64,000 nucleotides of DNA from the NCBI GenBank assembly GCA_944387015.1, contig CALXDH010000007.1, positions 3,060 to 67,059 on the forward strand, written 5' to 3'. Shown here piece after piece: positions 46,733 to 58,196 of the stretch. Within the stretch, counting starts at the first letter, position 1. Each line of letters starts with the position of its first letter. This DNA is from an uncultured Oscillospiraceae bacterium. GTDB taxonomy: Bacteria > Bacillota > Clostridia > Oscillospirales > Oscillospiraceae. Below the pieces are notes generated by a model, which had not been told where the DNA came from, ran no database searches, and saw only the letters and a list, made by a program, of their open reading frames with translations. A program made the translations under genes and the position numbers.

Positions 46733-48127
46733 TCAGCCCATTGTCGTCGCCAAGGCGGGTTCTTCCAGCTGCACACGCAGCCGTCTCATGGCCCACACGA
46801 AGCACACCACGTGGACGGAGAACGTGATGATCCAAGAGACAGGATAGGAGAGATAGAGCATAGGCATGGTGTGGAACTGGGAGATCTGAAAGAGGGTGGC
46901 GATCCACAAAAGCCGCAGGCCGCAGGCACCGATCAGCGAGACGATCATGGGCATCACCGAGTAGCCGATGCCCCGCAGACCGCCCACCATCACGTCCATC
47001 ATGCCGCAGATGGCATACGTCCGGCAGACGATACCCAATCGCACGAGGCCCGCCTCCACCACAGCGGGGCTGGTGGTGTAAATGCCCAGCAGCGGTCCTC
47101 CGGCAAAGGTAGTGGCGTTGCCCAGCACAACACCCACCACCAGTACGCACAGCTGGGCGCGGATGACGGTCTCCTTGATCCGGCGATAGTTGCCGGCGCC
47201 CAGGTTCTGGCTGACAAAGGAAATGGTGGCCTGGTAGAGGGCATTCATGGAGACATAGACGAATTGCTCGATGTTGGCGGCGGCGGAGTTGCCGGCCATC
47301 ACCACTTCGCCGAAGGTGTTGACAGAGGACTGGATCACCACGTTGGAAAGGGAGAACAAGATCCCCTGGAAGCCGGCCGGCAGGCCGATCCGCAAAATCT
47401 GCCGCAGGGTCTTGCCGTGGATGCGCATTGCCCGCAGGTCCAGGTGCAGCGGACCGGTGTCCCGCACCATGCACAGCACCACCAGCGTGGCGGAGATGCA
47501 CTGGGAGATGACCGTGGCGATGGCCACGCCGGCCACGTCCAGTTTCATGACGATCACGAAGAAGAGGTTCAAAATGATGTTCACCACGCCGGCCAGAGAG
47601 AGGAAATACAGCGGCCGCCGGGTGTCTCCCTGGGCCCGCAGCAGCGCGGCGCCGAAGTTATAGACCATGGTGGGGGTCATGCCAAGGAAGTAGATGCGCA
47701 GATACAGCGCCGCAAGGTCCAGCACATTGGCAGGGGTCTGCATCCAGATGAGGATGGTCCGGGCGCCGAAAACGCCCACCACGGTCAGCATCACGCCGCT
47801 GATGATGCTCAGGAGCATGGAGGTATGTACGGTTTTGTGGAGTTCCTTTTTATCACCGGCGCCGTAGTATTTGGCAGCCAGCGTATTGGAGCCCACGGCA
47901 AGGCCGATGAAGAGGTTGGTCAAAAGACCAATGAGGGCGGAGTTGGAGCCCACGGCGGCCAGCGAGTTGTCACCGGCCCAGCGGCCTACGACGACAATAT
48001 CCGCCGCGTTGAACAGGAGCTGTAAAACACTGGAGCACATCAGGGGAACCGCAAACTGAAGCAGCTTTAGCAGAATGGGACCGTGGATCATGTCAATTTC
48101 GTAGCTTTTGCGCGGATTGTGCGCCAT
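46733..48127 (-). CDS. MATE family efflux transporter
   Basis: LLFNAADIVVVG, LRAQGDTRRPL, NIILNLFFV, SQNLGAG and LRGIG; 12-TM pattern. Confidence 0.93.
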   Translation of the reverse strand: MAHNPRKSYEIDMIHGPILLKLLQFAVPLMCSSVLQLLFNAADIVVVGRWAGDNSLAAVGSNSALIGLLTNLFIGLAVGSNTLAAKYYGAGDKKELHKTVHTSMLLSIISGVMLTVVGVFGARTILIWMQTPANVLDLAALYLRIYFLGMTPTMVYNFGAALLRAQGDTRRPLYFLSLAGVVNIILNLFFVIVMKLDVAGVAIATVISQCISATLVVLCMVRDTGPLHLDLRAMRIHGKTLRQILRIGLPAGFQGILFSLSNVVIQSSVNTFGEVVMAGNSAAANIEQFVYVSMNALYQATISFVSQNLGAGNYRRIKETVIRAQLCVLVVGVVLGNATTFAGGPLLGIYTTSPAVVEAGLVRLGIVCRTYAICGMMDVMVGGLRGIGYSVMPMIVSLIGACGLRLLWIATLFQISQFHTMPMLYLSYPVSWIITFSVHVVCFVWAMRRLRVQLEEPALATTMG

Positions 48128-48448
48128 GAAAAACCCCTCCGTTGGACCTGAATTTGTCTGCCGTTGACAGACATCGTTCGGTACGTTCTATGGTAGCACG
48201 GCACCTTTGCTTTTTCCACTGATTTTAACAAGCTCTTTACACAAATCAGCAAAAAAATTTTACAAATTTTTAAGCGGGATTTATACACGGAGGTCAAATT
48301 GTCAGTGTTGCGGCGGGAAAAGGTTTGCTAAACTAATACTCTGTGAAAAGAAACTGCGCACCTGAGGCGCCGCATTGCCTGGAAACAGATCCCGGTGTGC
48401 GCCGCAGGAAGACTCGCCCCACGGGGCGGCAGACAGGGAGGTGGAACT

Positions 48449-50950
48449 GTGCGCAGAGAAACAGAAGAACGAGAGAAAAAGCAAAGTCCGCTGGAGCAGG
48501 CAGCTGCCTTCATTGTTGACAAGCGAAAGGCGTTTTACCTCTTTTACATCGGATTAGCGATTTTCTGTGTGGTGGCAAACGGCTGGATCGAAGTCAACGA
48601 CGATCTGACCAGCTATCTGCCGGATACCACGGAGACCCGGCAGGGACTGGATACCATGGAGGCGGAGTTCACGACCTTCGGCACGAACCGGATCATGGTG
48701 GACAACATCGACTACGCCCGGGCATCCTTGCTGGCACAGCGGCTGGAGACGCTGGAAGGTGTCAAATCCGTGGAGTTTGACGACACGGAGGACCACTATC
48801 AAAGCGGCGCGGCGCTGTTCACCGTCACCTATGACGGTGCGGCGGAGGACCAGGTGAGCCTGGACGCACTGGAACGGGTGCGGGAGGCGCTGGACGGGTA
48901 CGACGTATATGTTACGGGAGATACCGGTGCCTCAGAGTCGGAGACCATCGCCGACGAGATGCAGATCGTCATGCTGGTGGCGGTGGTCATCATCGTGGTG
49001 GTACTGCTCTTTACATCCCAGACCTATATGGAGGTGCCGGTGCTGCTCGTCACCTTCGGCATGGCGGCGCTTTTGAACATGGGGACCAACTTCCTCTTCA
49101 ACCCCATCTCCTTCATTTCCAACTCTGTGGCCGTGGTGCTGCAGCTGGCGTTGGCCATTGACTACGCCATCATCCTCTGTCACCGCTACACGGAGGAGCG
49201 GGAGCATCTGGAGGCACGGGAGGCGGTGATCGCGGCGCTGAGCAAGGCCATCCCGGAGATCTCCGGCAGCTCCATGACCACCCTCTCCGGCTTGGGGGCC
49301 ATGTGCTTCATGCACTTCCGCATCGGCTACGACCTGGGCATCGTGCTGATGAAGGCTATTTTGATGAGCATGCTCAGCGTCTTTACACTGATGCCGGGGC
49401 TGCTGATGTCCTGCAGCCGCCTCATCGACCGGACCCATCACCGCAGCTTCGTGCCCCAGATCAATGCCTGGGGAAAGCTGGTGATCAAGACCCGCTATGT
49501 GCTGCCCCCGGTCTTTGCCATTTTGTTGGTGCTGGGCTTCTGCTTTTCCAACCAGTGCCCCTATGTCTACGGGGAGAGCAACCTGCATACCTACACGAAA
49601 AATGAATCCCAGATCGCCCAGGAGAAGGTGAATGCCACCTTCGGGCCGGTCAATACACTGGCGGTGCTGGTGCCCGCCGGGGACTACGGCAAGGAGGGCC
49701 AGCTGCTGCGGGAGCTGGAAGACATGCCGGAGGTGGAGTCGGTGCTGGGCCTTGCCAATGTGGAGGCCATGGACGGCTATGTGCTCACCGACAAGCTCAC
49801 GCCCCGGCAGTTCGCGGAGATGACGGACCTGGACATTGAGGCGGCCCGCCTGCTGTACTCCGCCTATGCCGTGGACCAGGAGAATTACGGAAAGCTGGTG
49901 GGCGGCATCGACCAGTACAGCGTGCCGCTGATGGATATGTTCCTCTTCGTCTATGACCAGATGCAGGAGGGCTATGTGACGCTGGACGAGGAGATGACCG
50001 CGGACATCGAGGACCTGCACACCCAGCTGGTGGACGCGCAAAAGCAGCTCAAGGGTGAACATTACAGCCGCATGGTGCTGGAACTGGCACTGCCGGAGGA
50101 GAGCCAGGAGACCTTTGATTTCCTGGACACGCTGTATCAGACGGCGGAGAAGTACTATCCCGAAGGGGTGCTGCTGGTGGGCAACTCCACCAGTGACCGG
50201 GACCTTTCGAAATCCTTTGTGCAGGATAACGTGCTCATCAGCATCCTGACAGTGGTGTTCGTGATCCTGGTGCTGGTGTTCACCTTCCAGTCGGCAGGAC
50301 TGCCCGTTTTGCTGATCTTGGTGATCCAGGGCAGCGTGTGGATCAACTTCTCCTTCCCATACCTGATGGATTCGGACCTGTTCTTCCTCAGTTATCTGAT
50401 TGTCAGCTCTATTCAGATGGGTGCCAATATCGACTACGCCATCGTCATCACCAACCGCTATACGGATCTGAAAAAGCAGATGCCCCTCCACGAGGCGGTG
50501 GTAGAGGCGCTCAACCAGGCGTTCCCCACCATTGTCACCTCCGGCACCATCCTGGCCACCGCCGGGATCCTGATCGGCTTTTTGTCCTCCGCACCCTCCA
50601 TCTCCTCCATCGGCATTTGCCTGGGACGGGGCACGGTGATCTCCATTTTCCTGGTGATGGCGGTGCTGCCTCAGATCCTGCTGCTGGGAGATACCATTAT
50701 CGAAAAAACGGCGTTTACCCTCAAGTACCGGGGGGCCATCCAGTCCCGTACCGGCAGCGTGCGGGTGGACGGACACGTCCGGGGCTATATCTCCGGCGTA
50801 GTGGACGCGGATTTGAAGGGCACGCTCCACGGCACCATCCACGCAGTCGTGGACGCCGGTGCCCTGCAGCCGGACCAGCCGCCTCAGCGGCTACCCTCCG
50901 GTGAAGCGGAAGATGGGGAGAAAGGAGGATCGGATGAGAAAGACGTGTGA
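48449..50950 (+). CDS. MMPL/RND family transporter
   Basis: Two pseudo-repeats with LALAIDYAIIL and MGANIDYAIVI (Asp-Tyr pairs), NDDLTSYLP and TIVTSG. GTG start after GGAGG. Confidence 0.9.
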   Translation: MRRETEEREKKQSPLEQAAAFIVDKRKAFYLFYIGLAIFCVVANGWIEVNDDLTSYLPDTTETRQGLDTMEAEFTTFGTNRIMVDNIDYARASLLAQRLETLEGVKSVEFDDTEDHYQSGAALFTVTYDGAAEDQVSLDALERVREALDGYDVYVTGDTGASESETIADEMQIVMLVAVVIIVVVLLFTSQTYMEVPVLLVTFGMAALLNMGTNFLFNPISFISNSVAVVLQLALAIDYAIILCHRYTEEREHLEAREAVIAALSKAIPEISGSSMTTLSGLGAMCFMHFRIGYDLGIVLMKAILMSMLSVFTLMPGLLMSCSRLIDRTHHRSFVPQINAWGKLVIKTRYVLPPVFAILLVLGFCFSNQCPYVYGESNLHTYTKNESQIAQEKVNATFGPVNTLAVLVPAGDYGKEGQLLRELEDMPEVESVLGLANVEAMDGYVLTDKLTPRQFAEMTDLDIEAARLLYSAYAVDQENYGKLVGGIDQYSVPLMDMFLFVYDQMQEGYVTLDEEMTADIEDLHTQLVDAQKQLKGEHYSRMVLELALPEESQETFDFLDTLYQTAEKYYPEGVLLVGNSTSDRDLSKSFVQDNVLISILTVVFVILVLVFTFQSAGLPVLLILVIQGSVWINFSFPYLMDSDLFFLSYLIVSSIQMGANIDYAIVITNRYTDLKKQMPLHEAVVEALNQAFPTIVTSGTILATAGILIGFLSSAPSISSIGICLGRGTVISIFLVMAVLPQILLLGDTIIEKTAFTLKYRGAIQSRTGSVRVDGHVRGYISGVVDADLKGTLHGTIHAVVDAGALQPDQPPQRLPSGEAEDGEKGGSDEKDV

Positions 50951-53900
50951 TAAACTGGCGGCGCTGCTGACAGCGGTGTGCCTGCTCTTCTCTCTGGCCC
51001 AGCCTGCGGCGGCAGCCGGGACCGGGGAGATTACGATCACCACCGTGGCGGATCTGTTGGAGCTGACCCGAAACTGCTCTCTGGATACCTGGTCTCAGGG
51101 AAAGACGGTCCGCCTGGCGGCGGATCTGGACCTGACCGGCGCTGCGTTTACGCCGATCCCCACATTCGGCGGGACCTTTGATGGCCAGGGCCACACCATC
51201 TCCGGGCTGTCTCTCACCGCCAACGGGTCCAAACAGGGGCTTTTCCGCACCATTCAGCCCGGCGGCGTGGTGGAAAACCTGAACGTCTCCGGCACGGTGG
51301 CGCCCGGAGGAAGCCAGACCAATGTGGGCGGCATCGCCGGTGTCAACGGCGGCACCATCCGGAGCTGCACCTTCAGCGGTTCCGTCTCCGGAAAGGCGGC
51401 GGTGGGCGGCATTGCCGGCCGCAACCAGGAAACCGGCCAGATCGCGGACTGCGCGGTCTCCGGTGTGATCCAGGGAGAGAGCGGCACCGGCGGTATCGTG
51501 GGACGGAATCTGGGCGTGCTGCTCAAGTGCAGCAGCAGCGCCGGCATCAATACCAGTGAACGGGGTGATTCCGCGCCAAGCGTGGAGGACCTGACGGATC
51601 TGGACCTGGAGTCCACGCTCACAGGGGAGGACTCCGGTGAGGCGGAGTCGCTGCTGGACACGCACACCGATACCGGCGGCGTGGCCGGGTATTCCAGCGG
51701 TGTGATCCAGAGCTGCGGCAACACCGGAACGGTAGGGTATCCCCATGTGGGCTATAACATCGGCGGCATCGTGGGCCGCCAGACCGGGTACCTGGCGGGC
51801 TGCGTCAACAGCGGCTCCGTTCTGGGGAGAAAGGACGTGGGCGGCATTGTGGGCCAGGCGGAGCCGGACCTGACGGTGACCCCCGGCAGCGATACATTGG
51901 AACGGCTGCGGACGGAGCTGGATACACTGGACGGACTGATCCAACGGGCCATTGACGATACCCAGGGCACTACGGACATGGTCTCCGCCCATCTCACCGC
52001 CATTGGGGATGAGACGGACAAGGCGCGGGACCACACGCAGACCCTGGCTGATCTCTCCGCCGATTTCATCGACGATGGAATGGACTCCCTCAACTCTCTG
52101 AGCGCCAGTGTTACCAATGCCCTGGACCAGGTGGCACCTGCCCTGGACGATCTGGCAGCAGCCTCCGACAAACTGGAGGAACTGTCTGAGGATCTGGACG
52201 AGGCGCTGGAAAAGCTGACGGATGCCCTGAAAGACGGAGAAAGCATTCAAAAAAACGTAAAAGGCGCGGTGGCAGAGCTGCGGGCTTCGGCGGCGGACAT
52301 GGTCCGGGCGGCCCAGGCTCTGCGGGATGCGCTGGATGCGCTGCTGCAAGGGGTGGTGAACGAAAATCCTTCCGATACGGAGGCGGCTCTGGCGGACCTC
52401 GCTGACGGAATGGATGCGCTCAGCGGTGCCATGGAAGGAACCGGCGCGGCAGTAGGCATGCTGGAGGATACTCTGACGGACCAACCGGATCTGCCGGGCG
52501 GTCAGGAGACGCTGACGGCATTGCATACCCTCTCCGACGCTTTGACGGCGGCGGGGGAGGACCTGGGAGAAGTTTCCGGGGCCATGCCGGAGGCACAGAC
52601 AGACTGGGATGCGCTGCAAGCGGCGCTGGAGACCATGGGGGAGGCACTGCACCAGGCATCCGGCCATTTTGACCGTGCCGTGAGCGCGCTGCAAGCCGCC
52701 GTCTCCGGCGGCAAGGACCTGATGGGAGACCTGCGGGAGGCGCTGGATGCGCTTTCAGACGTGGGAGATACCGGGGCAAGCATCGGCCGCAAGCTCAGCA
52801 GTGCCTTCCAAACCATGGGAGATGCGGTGACGGAGCTGGCCCAGGACGGCCCAGTGGAATTTCCGGTCCTGGGAGAGGACATCCGCACTGCCGGAGACGG
52901 ACTCTTTGACTCTTTAGGGACGATCTCCTCGGAGCTGGAGGCGCTGCATACCTCTCTGGACACTGCCGGAGACACCCTGACGGCAGACCTGCGCAGCATC
53001 AACAGCCAGTTCCAGACAGTGTTCGACGTGCTGCTGGACGCGCTGACTGATCTGCAAGACGGTGCGGATAAGACGCTCACGGATTACATCGAGGACACCT
53101 CGGAAGAGGACATTGCCGCCACGCGGCGGGGAAAGATCACCCAGTGCCGGAATACCGGCTCTGTGGAAGGGGACCGGAACGTGGGGGGCATCGCCGGAGC
53201 CATGGCCATCGAGTTTGACCTGGACCCGGAGGATGATCTGGCGGACGATCTGTCCTTCGGCAGCAGCTACGAGACCAAGGCGGTGCTGGAGGACTCTGTG
53301 AACCACGGCACGATCACGGCGAAAAAGGACTGTGCCGGCGGCCTGGTGGGCCGTATGGATCTGGGCACGGTGGTCTCCGGGCAGAATTACGGCCCGGTGA
53401 CCAGTACAGACGGCAATTACGTTGGCGGTATCGCCGGTTGGGCGGACGCCTCTGTGCGGAACAGCTGTGCCAAATGCGCCCTCTCCGGCGGGGACTATGT
53501 GGGCGGTATCGCCGGCTGGGGAGACCGTCTGCTGGATAACTGCGCCATTGCCACAGTGGATGCCGGGGAGGAGTACCTGGGCGCTGTGGCGGGCGACGCC
53601 GACCTGGACGACGGAACGGTCCGTGGCAACCGCTTTGTGGACACGGGCCTGGCGGCCATTGACGGCGTCAGCTATGCCGGAAAAGCGGAACCGGTGGCGT
53701 TTGAGGTCCTGCGCCAGGAATCGGGCATCCCCACGGAGTTCATCTCGTTCACCCTGACGCTGAAGGCCGGGGAGGACATCGTGGCCCGGATCCCCTTCCA
53801 GTACGGAGAAGACCTGCGCCTGGTGGAGCTGCCGGAAGTGCCGGAGCAGAAGGGAAGTTACGGTTCCTGGCCGGAATTTGATACCTCCGGCCTTGCGTCG

Positions 53901-54428
53901 GACATCACGCTGGAGGCTGAGTATACACCCTGGGTCACTGTGGTGGCCAGCCTGCAGCAGGAGGGAAAACTGGCCCTGGCCATGGCTGACGGCCAATTCG
54001 CCCAGGACGCGGTCCTCACGGTCCGGGAAAGCGCCGAGACGCCGCCGGAGGCGGCCCGGAGCGGGGATACGGTCCGGGTCTGGGAGATCTCCCTGACCGG
54101 CACGGATCTGACGGAGCAGGACACGGTGCCGCTGCGGCTGCTCAGCGGTGGCAGCAGAGCCAGCGTCTGGCAGTACAAAGACGGCGCGTGGCACAAGGTG
54201 GACGCGGACCGGAACGGGCACTATCTGCTGTTGGATATGGAGGGGACCTGCGGGACCTTCTGTGTCAGTTCCAGGCAAGGAAGCCCCGCCCTGCTGCTGG
54301 CGGTGATCCTGGCGGCGGTTGTGCTCCTGCTGGCTGCCCTTTTCCTGCTGCGGCGCCGGCGGAAAAAGGCTGCTGCGGCAAAGCGGGAAACATCCGCTCC
54401 GCCGGCAGAGGAACCGGCACCCAAGTGA
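50934..54428 (+). CDS. Secreted, C-terminally membrane-anchored GLUG-repeat protein with a large alpha-helical insertion
   Basis: Signal peptide ending AQPAAA, FDGQGHTISGL, about 11 (V/T)GG(I/V)(A/V)G repeats, ~400-aa Leu/Ala/Asp-rich insertion, TM plus RRRRKK near the C-terminus. AGGAGG RBS; 17-nt overlap with the MMPL gene. Confidence 0.85.
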   Translation: MRKTCDKLAALLTAVCLLFSLAQPAAAAGTGEITITTVADLLELTRNCSLDTWSQGKTVRLAADLDLTGAAFTPIPTFGGTFDGQGHTISGLSLTANGSKQGLFRTIQPGGVVENLNVSGTVAPGGSQTNVGGIAGVNGGTIRSCTFSGSVSGKAAVGGIAGRNQETGQIADCAVSGVIQGESGTGGIVGRNLGVLLKCSSSAGINTSERGDSAPSVEDLTDLDLESTLTGEDSGEAESLLDTHTDTGGVAGYSSGVIQSCGNTGTVGYPHVGYNIGGIVGRQTGYLAGCVNSGSVLGRKDVGGIVGQAEPDLTVTPGSDTLERLRTELDTLDGLIQRAIDDTQGTTDMVSAHLTAIGDETDKARDHTQTLADLSADFIDDGMDSLNSLSASVTNALDQVAPALDDLAAASDKLEELSEDLDEALEKLTDALKDGESIQKNVKGAVAELRASAADMVRAAQALRDALDALLQGVVNENPSDTEAALADLADGMDALSGAMEGTGAAVGMLEDTLTDQPDLPGGQETLTALHTLSDALTAAGEDLGEVSGAMPEAQTDWDALQAALETMGEALHQASGHFDRAVSALQAAVSGGKDLMGDLREALDALSDVGDTGASIGRKLSSAFQTMGDAVTELAQDGPVEFPVLGEDIRTAGDGLFDSLGTISSELEALHTSLDTAGDTLTADLRSINSQFQTVFDVLLDALTDLQDGADKTLTDYIEDTSEEDIAATRRGKITQCRNTGSVEGDRNVGGIAGAMAIEFDLDPEDDLADDLSFGSSYETKAVLEDSVNHGTITAKKDCAGGLVGRMDLGTVVSGQNYGPVTSTDGNYVGGIAGWADASVRNSCAKCALSGGDYVGGIAGWGDRLLDNCAIATVDAGEEYLGAVAGDADLDDGTVRGNRFVDTGLAAIDGVSYAGKAEPVAFEVLRQESGIPTEFISFTLTLKAGEDIVARIPFQYGEDLRLVELPEVPEQKGSYGSWPEFDTSGLASDITLEAEYTPWVTVVASLQQEGKLALAMADGQFAQDAVLTVRESAETPPEAARSGDTVRVWEISLTGTDLTEQDTVPLRLLSGGSRASVWQYKDGAWHKVDADRNGHYLLLDMEGTCGTFCVSSRQGSPALLLAVILAAVVLLLAALFLLRRRRKKAAAAKRETSAPPAEEPAPK

Positions 54429-54433
54429 TAAAA

Positions 54434-54473
54434 CCAAAACCCCCGTCTGCCTTTAGGCAGACGGGGGTTTTGG
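54434..54473. terminator. Bidirectional terminator
   Basis: CCAAAACCCCCGTCTGCC-TTTA-GGCAGACGGGGGTTTTGG perfect stem. Confidence 0.88.
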
Positions 54474-54494
54474 AATAGGACCGGGGATCCGGGC

Positions 54495-54839
54495 TTACAG
54501 CTTCTCCGGGGGAAAGACCACGGTCAGGAGCATCTTGAAATCCTCTTCACCATAAACTGCGTGGGGCTTTTGAGCCGGCATGACCAGCGATTCGCCTGCC
54601 CGGCACATGTAGTCCACGCCATCCACCGTGAAGCGGCCCACGCCCTCCAGGACCTGGACCAGGGCATCGCCCCGGGATTCATGGGTACTGATCTCCTCTC
54701 CCTTGGCAAAGGCGAAGAGGGTGAGACTGACGGCCGGGGTCTGGGCCAAAGTGCGGCTGACGATCTGTCCCGGCTGGGCCGTCACCTGGCCTGCCAGGGA
54801 GAGCACCTGTTCCGACTGAATATTTTTTAAGGCAACCAT
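54495..54839 (-). CDS. Cupin domain protein
   Basis: LFAFAKGEEISTH, LVQVLEG and MPAQKPHAV cupin motifs. Confidence 0.88.
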   Translation of the reverse strand: MVALKNIQSEQVLSLAGQVTAQPGQIVSRTLAQTPAVSLTLFAFAKGEEISTHESRGDALVQVLEGVGRFTVDGVDYMCRAGESLVMPAQKPHAVYGEEDFKMLLTVVFPPEKL

Positions 54840-54929
54840 GGGAATTCCTCCTTTTTCATCAGGCGGGCAGAAAACTGCCCTGGATCATGTATTCAGTATC
54901 CCATAAATAGTGGTGGCTGTCGGTTGGAA

Positions 54930-56045
54930 TTACAACGAAGAGGCAAATGAGATGGGAGAGGCCGGAGATGCAGACGCAGGGACCAGCTCCCGGAAATCCG
55001 GCCAGCGGCCCAGTTCGAACTGCATCGGCCGGGTCTGATGACGCAGCGTGGAGAGATCCACAAACTGGATCCGCTGATTTTCGTAGGTGGTCCAGTAGAA
55101 GCGAAGGGATTCCGCACAGGCCACGGCGGTATAGACGGTGTAATCGTAGGGAAGGACGTCGCCTGCCAGGCTGCCGGGAGACTCTGGCTGGGGCACACGC
55201 ACCATCCCCAGCGGAAAGGCGGCGCTCTGGAGCAGGCGGAACATGGCTCCCACGCCGGCACTCTCCGTTGCCCCCTTCACACCGTAGGTTTTCAAAAAGG
55301 CCAGACGCACAAAGCGGGAGGGAGATGACCAGTCCCCCGGCAGCCCTTGGGCGCCGCTACCGGAAAAGCAGGGCGTGAGCTGCTGGCCTGCCAGCTCCAT
55401 GGCACCGTGGTCCAGGTCCCGGATGCCGGCGTAGTTGAGGAGGTTGGTCCGGTGCCAGGGATACCCGGGGCTGTTGGTCATCACGCCCAGGGTGTTGCGG
55501 TAGATATGAAGCCCGTCCCGGTCCGGTTCCACCACGATGGTCTCACCGGTCCGGTCGCTGAAGGACCAGTGCAGCGGCGGGACAGCGCCCAGCAGCGGGA
55601 GGTCCAGCAAAGTGAGTTCCTCCCGAAGGGTGTGGACCACCTCCGCCACAGTGGCGCACTGAGCCAGAAGATGGTAGACCAGGACCGGCGGCTGGATCGG
55701 TGCAGTGCCGGGGCGGGGAAAGTCTTCATAGCAGGCAAACTCCCGATAGTAGAGCTGCCCGCCCATCAGGCCCTGGTCGTTGATCCCCTCGTAGAGCAGC
55801 GGTGAAAGGGAGACGGACAGCAGCCCGGTCCCCACGGCGGCATAGGCGGAGCAAAACCGGCTCTCCGGTCTTTGCTCGCAGGTGGCATAGCTGGTTCCGC
55901 GGGGGATGTAGGTGATGCGGCTGTCCGATGCCAGCGTGTTGAAATCCAGATTCCGTCCCCAGAGATGGCGGCGGTCTCCGGTCTCCCAGCTCATGGCGCT
56001 GCATCCGGCGCCCAGTTCGGAAAGGGACGATACGGGGTGAAGCAT
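54930..56045 (-). CDS. Linear amide C-N hydrolase (choloylglycine hydrolase / penicillin V acylase family, Ntn fold)
   Basis: CSA...GRNLDF, EGINDQGL, VMTNSP, GLPGDWSSPSRFVR and YTVY. AAGGAGG RBS before ATG 56045. Confidence 0.88.
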   Translation of the reverse strand: MLHPVSSLSELGAGCSAMSWETGDRRHLWGRNLDFNTLASDSRITYIPRGTSYATCEQRPESRFCSAYAAVGTGLLSVSLSPLLYEGINDQGLMGGQLYYREFACYEDFPRPGTAPIQPPVLVYHLLAQCATVAEVVHTLREELTLLDLPLLGAVPPLHWSFSDRTGETIVVEPDRDGLHIYRNTLGVMTNSPGYPWHRTNLLNYAGIRDLDHGAMELAGQQLTPCFSGSGAQGLPGDWSSPSRFVRLAFLKTYGVKGATESAGVGAMFRLLQSAAFPLGMVRVPQPESPGSLAGDVLPYDYTVYTAVACAESLRFYWTTYENQRIQFVDLSTLRHQTRPMQFELGRWPDFRELVPASASPASPISFASSL

Positions 56046-56175
56046 AAGGACCCTCCTTGTCAGTGAAAATGATTCCCTAAAGGATTGCCAAAAGCGCCCG
56101 GATTTATCCGCCTGATTTTCAGCAAAACGGAAGAAATCGATCCGGCGGATGGAAGATCCGAGACGAAGAAAACCG

Positions 56176-56209
56176 AAAAAGCAGGCATGTGGAACCATGC
56201 CTGCTTTTT
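56176..56209. terminator. Terminator of the atp operon
   Basis: AAAAAGCAGGCATG-TGGAAC-CATGCCTGCTTTTT. Confidence 0.85.
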
Positions 56210-56267
56210 CGTTCCCATTGGAAAGCGCTGCGAAAGAGAGGGGGGACCGCAGGCTTCCCGAAATGGA

Positions 56268-56672
56268 TCAGCGCCGGGTCTTGAGCCGGGCCATGGCCCG
56301 GGCCAGAGCGGCCTTGGAGTGGTAGTACTCGTGGATGCTCTGCTTTTGCCGCAGACATTCCTCCGCACGGGCCTTGGCGGCCTCCGCCCGCTTACGGTCG
56401 ATCTCCTCCGGGTGCTCGGCAGAGCTCACCAGAAGGATCACGTAGTCCGGCTTGATCTCGGCAAAGCCGGAGCCCACCGCGGCAGGCTCCCACTGGCCCT
56501 CGGCCTTGTAGCGAAGCTCACCGGGCTCGATGACGGTGACCACCGGCTCATGGCCGGGGTAGATGCCCATCTCACCGTCCACAGCCGGAAGGATCAGGGC
56601 CTCGGCGGGACCGATGTAGAACTGGCGCTCCGGGGTGATGATCTCCAGGTAGAAGGTGTGCGCCTCCGCCAT
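56268..56672 (-). CDS. atpC: F1 ATP synthase epsilon subunit
   Basis: LEIITPER, GEMGIYPGHEP, GFAEI and IDRKRAEAAKARA. Confidence 0.95.
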   Translation of the reverse strand: MAEAHTFYLEIITPERQFYIGPAEALILPAVDGEMGIYPGHEPVVTVIEPGELRYKAEGQWEPAAVGSGFAEIKPDYVILLVSSAEHPEEIDRKRAEAAKARAEECLRQKQSIHEYYHSKAALARAMARLKTRR

Positions 56673-58142
<1,470 letters not shown>

Positions 58143-58196
58143 TCAAAGGCACAGCCGCTTTGCTCCGGAGCCGGCAGGCATATCGTCCCGTCCAGG

